This document shows positions 33,454-42,747 of a stretch of DNA of 64,000 nucleotides, piece after piece; the first letter of the stretch is position 1, and each line of letters begins with the position of its first letter. The stretch covers positions 384,001 to 448,000 of the forward strand of contig CAVRQT010000002.1 in NCBI GenBank assembly GCA_963723515.1, read 5' to 3'. The notes under the pieces are model-generated. The model ran no database searches. It saw nothing but the letters and a program-made list of their open reading frames with translations, and was not told the DNA's origin. The translations under genes were made by a program, and so were the position numbers. Source of the DNA: Vulcanimicrobiota bacterium (lineage in GTDB: Bacteria > Vulcanimicrobiota > Vulcanimicrobiia > Vulcanimicrobiales > Vulcanimicrobiaceae).

Positions 33454-35777
33454 GAATCGAGTGGCGGCGCAACGCTTGCTTCCGTACGTCGTCGCTGCAA
33501 CCTGCGGATTCTTTGCAGTTGCACCGCTCATTCTTGCAAGCGGCATCCCTGCGTACCAACACGATTGGTCGTTTCCGTTTACAGTACAAGGCGTGAAGAG
33601 CGGCCTCGTCGGCCACTTCGCCCTCTGGGACGAGACCGGCTTAGGTCGACCCAATCCGCTGGCCAGCGCGAATCCGCTGCTCGTGCTCCTCTCGGGCCTC
33701 GGTTTGATTTTTGGACCGCTCGCGGGAGCGAAGATTGCAATCGGGGGCGCGACGATCCTCTCCTCATTGACGGCTGCGTATTGCGCGCAACGCGTGATTT
33801 CAGGCGATCGGCTCGCAGCCGCGCTCGCCGGCATCTTATATGCGACATCACCGGTAATTTTTAATAAAATTGCCGCCGGGCAAGTGACGTTTTGGTATGC
33901 CTACGCACTTCTACCGCTGATCTTCGAGCGCTCGCGGGCCGCGCAATTCGGAAACCGTGCGGCGATATTTTGGACGGCACTGCTGTGCGCCTTAACAACG
34001 ATTCAGCCACAGTTCGCGCTGTTCTCTCCGATTGTTGCCTTAAGCGCTACGTTGCCACTGCGCAACACACGCACGATGCTGATCGTTCTTTGCGCTTCAG
34101 TCACAGGCGTGCTCATTGCACTCGCTCCGACCGCTTGGGCAATCTTCGCCGCGCGCAGCGACCTGCTCGCGCAATTTCCTTGGCCGCTCCAGAGCTGGGA
34201 GGTTGCGCACTCCGCACCGCTGCCACTCGCGCTGTTGACATCACATTACATCATTCCGTATTACGCTACGGCGCTGCATGGAATGACGACCTACGCATTA
34301 GCAGTCGCAGCAGCGGGCATTTTCGGTACGGTGCTTGCGATTCGCCGGCGCGATGGCATCCCACTGTTGGTCCTAATCCTCGTTGGCCTTTGCTTTACGA
34401 CGGGGACCGTCGGTCCGTTGAAGTTGCTTTGGAGTTGGATGTTCGCGCATTTCGAAGCGGCAGCGTCGTTTAGAGAACTCTACAACGCCAACGCCTTGAT
34501 TGCCCTTGCGTACTCGTTAGGTGCCGCGGCGCTGGCTCGTGAAGCGCTCATCGGCAAGTTGCTCGCGCCGGCGCTCGTCGTATTCTCGGCCGTGCCAATT
34601 CTTTTCGGCGGCATCGCATCGGTCGTACACAACGTCGTTGATAACGGCCCATCGTTTCGCGCCCAAATTGCAGCCTCGCCGCCGGGAAGAATTCTCTATC
34701 TTCCTTCTTTGACGCCACTCGTACGCAACGGACACGAACCTGGAGGCGTCGATGTCTTCGCAACGGGCGATTCAAGCCATCTACCAGCGACGGAATATCC
34801 CGCTCAGTTTCCCCTGACGACGATTGCGCTATCCGGCAATATCAAAGATCACTGGTGGCAAGAACGTCTTGAGAAATTGGGCATCACCGCAATCGTCATG
34901 CGCCCAAATTTACGCAGTGAATTCGATGTGGACACTGCGGGTACTCGTCCAGCGCCGAACTGGCGATTTGTTCAGGTCCGCGGGCGTCCGCTCGTCCAGC
35001 TTTTGCCACGCGCATCCTTGCAGACGATTTCTTTTCGTGAAGCGCTCACCCAATGGGGAGCTTGCTGACGACCTCGGCGTTCTGCCGCAGAAGCCGGGAG
35101 CTGCGGCCGTGATCTTGCCGAGCCCGAGTTTACAAACCGACAACCCGAATCAGGATTGGGTCGCCTTGGACCGCTGGCGCAACCTCGCGCCCGATCCGGC
35201 AAATTCATTGCGCGACGGTGTCGTGACGATGTCTCGCACAACGTTGACCATGACATTACCGCGCGGGGAATGGTGGTTGCTCGCGGCAGCACGCAAACCG
35301 CTTACGCTCTCAGAAAGATCGCAAGACCGGCAAATCGTTGCATCGCAAGCGCAATGGATTCCGTTGACGACGTCCGGCTCTGTGCTACGGATTCGCGCGA
35401 ACGGAGGGCCGGCGGCCGTTTACCGCATCGCTTCGGGGTCGAGCTTCTTGCCCCACGGCCCTTTCGCCACCGGCATCGCGGTTCGCGAGAGCAGGCCATG
35501 GCCGTGGATTACGCACGTCGCCTTCGACCGTATTCCGGGAAGGCCCGCACTGTTGATTTTTCGCGACCGCTTCTCTGCCGGCTGGCACATCGACGGCGCA
35601 CGCACGCTATGGCACGGCATAGCTGATGGGTATGCCAACGCCTTTCTCATCGCCGATGCGAAGCCGCAAATCTCGATTGTCTATGGCGCGCAATCGCTTT
35701 TCGCTATCCTTGCCGTGCTTAGCGCGCTTGCCTACGCCGCCACGATTTTTGCGATCATCCGATTGCATTACGCGTGA
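33452..35777 (+). CDS. Large GT-C-like membrane protein (AftD/DUF3367-like), frameshift near 35050
   Basis: YQHDW, LW..TGLG, LYATSPVIFNKIAAG, FRELY; many TMs; C-terminal F..RFSAGW..ADGYANAF plus a terminal TM. Confidence 0.65.
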
Positions 35778-36982
35778 AAGTCGCCCTCGTCGGACCTTTT
35801 CCACCACAGCAGAAAGGTGAGGCCGAATACCTGCAGCGCTCCGCCGAAGCGCTTGCCGATTTTATCCCGCATGAGAACATTCAGATCATTTCGCAGTATG
35901 ACGAACGGCCATCGATCGAAAGCGTAGACGGTTTCCTCGTTCGGCGAGCGATCTTCGATCGAACGCGTCGACCATCGTACGCGCCGCAACGAGAGTTGCC
36001 GCAAGCGGTTCTGGCGAGCGAAGCGGACATCGTCCACATCCACTTTGGTCCCAATCAAGACTATGGCGGACGTTTGGGTGAGCCGCTCATCGGTGCCCTT
36101 CGGAGTTTGCAAAAGCGCGGCATCAAAACGGTTGTAACGCTGCATAGTCAGTGGAAACCCGACGATGTTATCGCCAGCCCGGCGACACGCCGGCTACCCG
36201 CAGTTCTGCGGCCCCTCGTGGTCCAATATTTCGGTGGCTTCGTGCGTCGATTGCGAGCAGGGTGCGATGCGTTTTTGTGCGTCGTTTCGGTGCCGCATTC
36301 GCCGCTCAAAGATGAGTTTGTGCGCGCCTATCATTTGTATGATGTCGGCGAGGAGCTCTTCAGCTGTCCAATTGAGTTCTCTGCGCTGCCGCGAAATGGG
36401 GAGCCGCTCATCTTCTCATTCGGCTTCTTACGACCTGAAAAAGGCTTTGAAGTGCTGATCGAAGCGTTTCTGAAATATCGCAATCGCAGCGCGAGGGGCA
36501 AACTCCTTATTGCCGGCACGCCGTTTAACGATGCGGATCGGCGCTACATCATGATGCTTCGCGCCCTCACTGATGGACATGAGTCAATTGAGCTGCGCGA
36601 AGGCTACTTGCCGCCGGAAGAAGTCAGATGCAACCTGCGCTCTTGCAGCGTCTTCGTTTTGCCCTACTTGAGCGCCGTCGGAAACAGCGCCCCACTGCAT
36701 AGCGCGATCGGCTTCGCGCGGCCGGTAATCGCTTCGGCGGTCGGCCCCAACGCGGCGCTTGGACAGGTTGTCAATCTCGTGCCGCCGGCATCCAGCGATG
36801 CGCTCGCGATTGAACTCGGACGGCTGCTCGATGTCCCGGGGGCTTTAGCGCAAGCCGCAAACCGCGCCCGGGCAGGCGCCATCGAGCGCAGCCCCCGGCG
36901 CGTTGCCGCCGAGCAGTACCATCTCTACCGGCGGCTGCTAGACCCTTCAGCGAATCGCGGACTCGAGCAGCACATCGAATAG
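35774..36982 (+). CDS. Glycosyltransferase family 4
   Basis: VGPFPPQQKG, FGFLRPEKG, VLPY..NSAPL..ARPVIAS. Confidence 0.88.
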   Translation: MKVALVGPFPPQQKGEAEYLQRSAEALADFIPHENIQIISQYDERPSIESVDGFLVRRAIFDRTRRPSYAPQRELPQAVLASEADIVHIHFGPNQDYGGRLGEPLIGALRSLQKRGIKTVVTLHSQWKPDDVIASPATRRLPAVLRPLVVQYFGGFVRRLRAGCDAFLCVVSVPHSPLKDEFVRAYHLYDVGEELFSCPIEFSALPRNGEPLIFSFGFLRPEKGFEVLIEAFLKYRNRSARGKLLIAGTPFNDADRRYIMMLRALTDGHESIELREGYLPPEEVRCNLRSCSVFVLPYLSAVGNSAPLHSAIGFARPVIASAVGPNAALGQVVNLVPPASSDALAIELGRLLDVPGALAQAANRARAGAIERSPRRVAAEQYHLYRRLLDPSANRGLEQHIE

Positions 36983-38059
36983 CTGCGCTGTTCGATCGAA
37001 CGAAAACGATCGCTCAGCGTAGCGCCGCGCTGCCGTGGCAACTTCATGAGAGTAAGAACCATCGGCGCGGTATCGGGCACGCGCGGCTTCGAGCGCTGCG
37101 CACCATGCCGCGGCATCGTCAGCATCTTCGACGATCTCTCCGCGCCCCTGTTCCGCCATCTCACGCATCGCGCCCGCGTCGGTTGCGATGATCGGCGTTC
37201 CGGCAGCGAGCGCTTCCGCGGCAACGATTCCGAAAGTCTCCCAGCGCGACGGAACGAGCAGAACGTGGGCACGGGACATCAGACCGGCGATCTCATTTCG
37301 GTCTCCGGAACGCGCTAGAGTGACATTCGCCAATGCAGAAAGACGCCGCACATCCTCAACGAGCGGCCCGCTGCCGATGACGATAAAGTGCATATCGGCT
37401 CCATAACGCTGGTGCGCAAGTTGAATAAGGTTGACCAGCCGATCGATTCCCTTTTGAAAATGGAACCGTCCGACGAAGAGCGCCGTGAACGTGTGGGGGC
37501 GCAAAGGCTGAGGTGTGAACGCGTCAAGGTCGATGGCGATGGGAACGACATGCACGTTCTGCGCTCCCACGGAGCGCAGGTATTCTGCGTCACGCGAGTT
37601 CAGCGCATGAACGGCGGCAAAGCGTTGCATCATCCGCCTTCCGACCCAATTCCAAGCCACGTCATGCAAGCCGCCGAATCGGATGACGGCGTGGTGTCCG
37701 GAGACGAGCGGCAGATTGATTTTCCTTGCAGCCTCGAGTACAACGACGTCTTGAAACGCGTAACCGTTATCGAAATAGCAAAGGTCGGCGCCCTCGATCG
37801 CGCGCGCCAATTGCCGCGCTGACGGCAATCGCCCTCCCGATCCGGGAAGCGCGGGCCCTTTGAGCGTCTGAAGCGATATTCGCGCGTTTTGCGGAAGGTC
37901 GAGATAGGACTCCTTAAAGCGCGACGGTCGCGTTCCGGTATGCACGATGTGCAGCATTGCATTTCGCGTTTCGAGATATCGAGGCCAAAAATCAACCAGC
38001 CAACTGCGAACGCCGCCCACTAAAGCGACATCAAGCGGCGAATAAAACGCAATTTTCAA
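36947..38059 (-). CDS. Glycosyltransferase family 4
   Basis: GGV, FVGRFHFQKG, PSRWETFGIVAAEALAAGTP. Confidence 0.9.
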   Translation of the reverse strand: MKIAFYSPLDVALVGGVRSWLVDFWPRYLETRNAMLHIVHTGTRPSRFKESYLDLPQNARISLQTLKGPALPGSGGRLPSARQLARAIEGADLCYFDNGYAFQDVVVLEAARKINLPLVSGHHAVIRFGGLHDVAWNWVGRRMMQRFAAVHALNSRDAEYLRSVGAQNVHVVPIAIDLDAFTPQPLRPHTFTALFVGRFHFQKGIDRLVNLIQLAHQRYGADMHFIVIGSGPLVEDVRRLSALANVTLARSGDRNEIAGLMSRAHVLLVPSRWETFGIVAAEALAAGTPIIATDAGAMREMAEQGRGEIVEDADDAAAWCAALEAARARYRADGSYSHEVATAARRYAERSFSFDRTAQLFDVLLESAIR

Positions 38060-38110
38060 GCAAACACTCCTCAGAGGGAACCAATTACGGGCAACGTATC
38101 ACGCACACCC

Positions 38111-39457
38111 ATGCTGAGTCCGGCGGCACATCGGTTCAAAGCGGAGCCTGATTCAACATCGCCTGCCGCGCACCGAACTGTCGCGGTATTCGCCGAGTAT
38201 TTTCCTCCATACATCGGTTCTGACCGGCGTCTGTTTCATCTGGCGCAGAACCTGCAGCGTTGGACGCCGGAGTACTTGATAACCCCGCCGTTGCGCGTCA
38301 TCACCCGGCGTTGTGAGCCGGCACTCTTTTCATACGCGAATAACTTTCGCGGTGCAGACAGCACCGTCTATTTCGGCGGCATCCGGGGCAGTTACCTCAG
38401 CGTGCCAAGCTTCGTTCATCATCTTTACCGTTGCGGCGGACTCCGTCTTCAGCTTGCATACGCGTTATCGATCCCAATACTCGTTCGCAAGGCGATGCGC
38501 CGAATTGCAACGATGCGGCCGGCTGCGGTCGTGGTCGGACACCCGAGCTTTATCACGGGAGTCGTCGGCATTCTTTGTGCCAAACTCGCCCGGCTTCCGG
38601 TGCTGCTCGATTGCCCTGATGCTTGGACGCCGCTTGCAATTGAAACATCTGGGCACAAGGGAACGTGGATCCCCAAAGTGATGCGGCGCATCGAACGATT
38701 CGTCGCTCGTGAAGCGGACCGTATCACCTGCATCACCGCGCTCCTGGCGAAGAGTATCCGCAAAGACGGTGCGACTGCGCCGGTAGCGATTGTTCCGAAC
38801 GGCGTTGACCTGCGCAACTTTCCCGAGCGCAACGGCGATGCCAGAACAGCACGAGAATTTCGCGTCCTTTACTCGGGACGACTCGAGCGGTGGGCAGGGA
38901 CCTATGACTTAGTCGAGGTCATCGATCGCGTCTGTTCCCGGATCGGCCATCGTGCGCACTTCATGTTCGTCGGCGACGGAGGCGGCGCAGATGATCTGCG
39001 CAGAGACATCACAGCGCGCAACCTCGACCGATATTGCACCTTCTTCGGCTTCCAGCCGTACGAAGCGATGCCCGGCCTGCTCGCACGGTGCGATGTGGCG
39101 GTGCTGCCGTTTCCGAACACCGATACAACCCGTGTCTCACTGCCATGCAAGATCTTCGAATACATGGCGATGGCTAAGCCGGTCATTACGGCGGACCTGC
39201 CCGGGATCCGTGAAGTCATCCCAAATCAGGCGGCAATCTGGATCAAAGACATTACCGCGAGCGCCCTTGCGGAAAAAATCTTGGAGCTCGAAAGCGATCC
39301 CGCGCAATGCAGCCGGTTGGCTGACGCCGGTTATCGGATCGTACGCAGCCAGTTTTCATGGGAATTGCTCACTATGGCGTTCGAAAAAGAGCTTGACACG
39401 CTCAGCCCCCAGCCGCTCGAACAACGCGCGCCCGCGCTGGAACTCGTTGCCTCCTAA
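38111..39457 (+). CDS. Glycosyltransferase family 4
   Basis: EYFPP, VPNGVD, YSGRL, PCKIFEYMAMAKPVI. Confidence 0.9.
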   Translation: MLSPAAHRFKAEPDSTSPAAHRTVAVFAEYFPPYIGSDRRLFHLAQNLQRWTPEYLITPPLRVITRRCEPALFSYANNFRGADSTVYFGGIRGSYLSVPSFVHHLYRCGGLRLQLAYALSIPILVRKAMRRIATMRPAAVVVGHPSFITGVVGILCAKLARLPVLLDCPDAWTPLAIETSGHKGTWIPKVMRRIERFVAREADRITCITALLAKSIRKDGATAPVAIVPNGVDLRNFPERNGDARTAREFRVLYSGRLERWAGTYDLVEVIDRVCSRIGHRAHFMFVGDGGGADDLRRDITARNLDRYCTFFGFQPYEAMPGLLARCDVAVLPFPNTDTTRVSLPCKIFEYMAMAKPVITADLPGIREVIPNQAAIWIKDITASALAEKILELESDPAQCSRLADAGYRIVRSQFSWELLTMAFEKELDTLSPQPLEQRAPALELVAS

Positions 39458-39473
39458 GACCGTTACCAAGCCG

Positions 39474-39938
39474 ATGCGCTTCTTTAGACTGCTCGCATGC
39501 GCCGTTGTCTGTCGTGTTCGCTGCGACGCAGGCCGGGTACGCGGACGAAGGAACGGTCGTCGTTGCGAAAGCCGGTGCTACACCGCTTCTGCTTTGGGAT
39601 GCCACGCCGGTCGTCACGACGATCGTTTCCAGCAAGCAAGAGCGGCAAGCAGCGTTACATCAGTCTCGAATCGCAGGCGATGCAGATCTTAGGCGAACGG
39701 GCTTCCACCCTGCGCCATGCAAAATCGTTGACGATTCGCGCGATCTACCAGAAGACGGGCACGGTCAGCCCCGTTTACGGCACGGCAACGTTCGAAGGCA
39801 TCGAACGCGTTTTTGAATTGACGGCGCCCGCAAACGATGCGCTGATCCAAATCGAAAGAGCTCGCCGACCAGCTTGCGCGCGGAAACGTGCCGCACGGCG
39901 TCATCCTTAACGTCACGGGTCAACTACCGCCGCCATAA
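39474..39938 (+). CDS. Small secreted hypothetical protein, several frameshifts
   Basis: Pieces in different frames: MRFFRLLAC.., LLWDATP.., IYQKTGTVSPVYGTATFEGIERV, ..VTGQLPPP*. Confidence 0.55.
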
Positions 39939-39941
39939 TTT

Positions 39942-41139
39942 TTACGGCACCAAATTGCGGTACACCGTCCCCGCCGCAGCCAACGACGGCGATGCGAAGA
40001 GCACCCAACCTAACGTAACGAAAACGAATGTAGCCGCGACGCTCACATAGTGTAGCGGCATCGATGCGCCCAACCGCGCAAGCAGCGCTTTGGGGACTGT
40101 CAGGCTGTACGCGCGATGAATCGCCAGTCCCGCGCCCTGAAAGAGTCCCCACACGACGAAGTGCCAGCTCGCGCCGTGCCATAATCCTGCGATTGCCATC
40201 ACAATCGTCAAATTGAAGAGCACTCGGCCGATTTTTCGGCGGCTGCCGCCGAGCGGAATAAAAAGGTAGTCGCGGATCCACGAGCTCAGCGAGATGTGCC
40301 AGCGCTGCCAGAAATTTGAAATATTGCGCGCCCAATACGGCCGATCGAAATTTTCGACGATCCGGAAGCCGAGCAACTCCGCGAGTCCAATCGCGATATC
40401 GGAGTAGCCGGTGAAGTCAAAGTAGATCTTTACCGAATACGCGAGCGCTCCCAGCCAGTAATCGCCGGTGCCGTAAGGCGCGCCCGGCGTCAGCAACGGC
40501 TGCGTCAGCGGGGTCATAGAATCCGCGATGATGCTCTTCTTCGCGAGGCCCATCAGAACGCGGTAAACGCCGGCCGCGGCCTGCAGCGAATGCACGTGCG
40601 CGAAGCGGCGAAGTTGCGGCGCAAAGTTCTGGAACCGCTTGATCGGCCCGGCGACCATCGTCGGGAAGAAGAGGGCGAAGACGAAGAACTCGACCGTCTT
40701 AAATTTCTCAATCTTCCCGTAATAGACATCGACGAGAAAATGGATGAACTCGAACGTAAAAAACGAGATCGCGAGCGGGACAATGAGGTTCGCAAGAACG
40801 CCGCCGCAGCCGGCGTGACAGACTCCGAGCGTCGTGCCGAAGAGCTTTCCGTACTTGAAGAAACCCAGAACGCCGACGTTCGCAATGATGCCAAGCGATC
40901 AGAATCAACTTACGTTGCGTGCGTTGCTCGGGCGCCGTTTTGACGAGAAGGGTCGCGCACAACCATGTAGCGACGGCCAGCGCGAGCACCAACAAGATGT
41001 AGATCGGGACGGAGGCGACGTAAAAGACGACGCCGGCGGCCATTAAGAACGCATTGCGCATCCAAATCGACCGGACGCGCGAATAAAGCGCAAAGACAAT
41101 AATCGCAAAGAACGCGAACAGCCAGGTGTTAAAAATCAT
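39942..41139 (-). CDS. MBOAT membrane O-acyltransferase (DltB/AlgI family), about 400 aa, frameshift near 40895
   Basis: MIFNT, FFKY, PLAISFFTF, FFPTMVAGPI, FDFTGYSD, FWQRWHISLS, GLWHGA. Confidence 0.92.
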
Positions 41140-41175
41140 GCCTAACGCTCGGGGCGATTAAAATGGTGCGCCAAC

Positions 41176-41418
41176 TTAGAAGTCGGTGTAGATGAAGTGC
41201 GATTCCGTCGACGGGCTCAGCAAAACCGAGGCGACGATAACGATGAAGAGCACGATTCCGAAGACGATCTTTCCGGCTATGCGCGATGATACGAGCGGCC
41301 AAATTCGGCTGCGCGTCAGATACCATGCCGCGCTCAGGGCATCGGCGGTGCCGACGTCCGTAATTGTCTGCGACGTCTCCCACTCGCCCTGCGAGCGCTT
41401 CGCGAATTCCTCGCTCAT
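41176..41418 (-). CDS. DltX-like single-TM microprotein ending in FIYTDF
   Basis: One TM (IVFGIVLFIVIVASVLL) then SPSTESHFIYTDF*; ends 36 nt upstream of the MBOAT on the same strand. Start uncertain. Confidence 0.78.
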   Translation of the reverse strand: MSEEFAKRSQGEWETSQTITDVGTADALSAAWYLTRSRIWPLVSSRIAGKIVFGIVLFIVIVASVLLSPSTESHFIYTDF

Positions 41419-41495
41419 GCGGTCACGACGCCTTTTTCAGAAACGGCTTACATTCACCCGCAAGACGCGTGCCGCGCTAAAGAGAACGGTGCCGC

Positions 41496-42743
41496 ATGCC
41501 TAAGAGCATCCAGCGCCAGGAAACGATCGTTATCCACGCCGATGCGCCGCATCAAACGACGACGGCCGTCGCACCACCGATCTTTCAAACATCTACGTTC
41601 AAAGCGGAAACCGAGGACGAGTATCTGCGTATGGCCACGGAGCCGCGCCACGATCGTTTTTACACGCGCTACGGAAATCCGAATCATACCCAAGCCGCGG
41701 CAGTGATTGCGCGGCTCGAGAAAACCGAAGATGCGCTGATCTTTCCCTCCGGCATGGCCGCACTGAGCGCTGCAGCGATCGCGTTCTGCCGGCACGGCGA
41801 TCATGTCATTGCGCAACAACACGCCTACGCCGGAACGCACAAATTGCTCGAAGATGTGCTCGGTTCGCTGGGCGTCGATTGCACCTTCGTCGAGCAGACA
41901 AACCTCGACGACTTTGAACGGGCCTTTCGGCCGAACACGCGCCTGGTCATGGTTGAAACTCCGAGCAATCCACTTTTGAAGATCACCGATTTGCAGGCGG
42001 TCGCGAACTTGGGGCACGCTCACAGTGCAGTGACGCTTGCCGACAACACCTTCGCAACGCCGATCAACCAGCAACCGACCGATTTCGGCATCGATATCGT
42101 CATGCACAGCGCAACGAAATATTTGGGCGGTCACTCCGACATCTCCGCCGGCGTTCTCGCAGCACGTTCAGAATTGATCGAGCAGATCTGGCCCTACACC
42201 GTCAAACTCGGATTCGCAATAAACGCGTTCGACAGCTGGCTGCTGCTCCGCGGCCTGCGAACCCTCGCCTTGCGCGTCGAACGGCAAAATCAGAATGCCG
42301 AAGCAATTGCGGCGTTTCTAGCATCGCGTCCGGAAATTTCGGCGGTTCACTATCCAGGACTACGAGGGCACCCGGGACATGCGCTCGCCACGCGACAGAT
42401 GCGCGGCTTCGGCGGAATCGTGAGCTTCGAGCTCGCTGGAAGCGGCGAGCGAGTGGAACCCTTCATTCGCGCGTTGTCGTTGATTACGCGTGCCACGAGT
42501 CTTGGCGGCGTCGAATCGACGCTCGTCCATCAGAGCGCAATGTGGAGAAGTTTGATGACTGACGATCAGCTGGCGGCAAGCGGTATCTCGCCGACGTTGC
42601 TTCGCTTATCGACCGGCATCGAGCACATTGACGATCTCCTGGACGATCTGGAGCGCGCGCTGCAAACCAGGGGCGAAGCCCGCCTAACGCCAACCAACGT
42701 GCGACTTAAGCGACCCTCCCGTGCTCAGAAAGCAGGTCGATAA
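41496..42743 (+). CDS. PLP-dependent transsulfuration enzyme (cystathionine gamma-synthase/lyase family)
   Basis: YTRYGNP, SGMAA, ETPSNP, DNTFATP, HSATKYLGGHSD. Confidence 0.92.
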   Translation: MPKSIQRQETIVIHADAPHQTTTAVAPPIFQTSTFKAETEDEYLRMATEPRHDRFYTRYGNPNHTQAAAVIARLEKTEDALIFPSGMAALSAAAIAFCRHGDHVIAQQHAYAGTHKLLEDVLGSLGVDCTFVEQTNLDDFERAFRPNTRLVMVETPSNPLLKITDLQAVANLGHAHSAVTLADNTFATPINQQPTDFGIDIVMHSATKYLGGHSDISAGVLAARSELIEQIWPYTVKLGFAINAFDSWLLLRGLRTLALRVERQNQNAEAIAAFLASRPEISAVHYPGLRGHPGHALATRQMRGFGGIVSFELAGSGERVEPFIRALSLITRATSLGGVESTLVHQSAMWRSLMTDDQLAASGISPTLLRLSTGIEHIDDLLDDLERALQTRGEARLTPTNVRLKRPSRAQKAGR

Positions 42744-42747
42744 CTCC

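Noticed and set aside
39942..41418. Canonical dlt operon for teichoic acid D-alanylation
   Set aside because: No dltA, dltC or typical dltD is adjacent, so only the MBOAT/shuttle mechanism is inferred, not the substrate.
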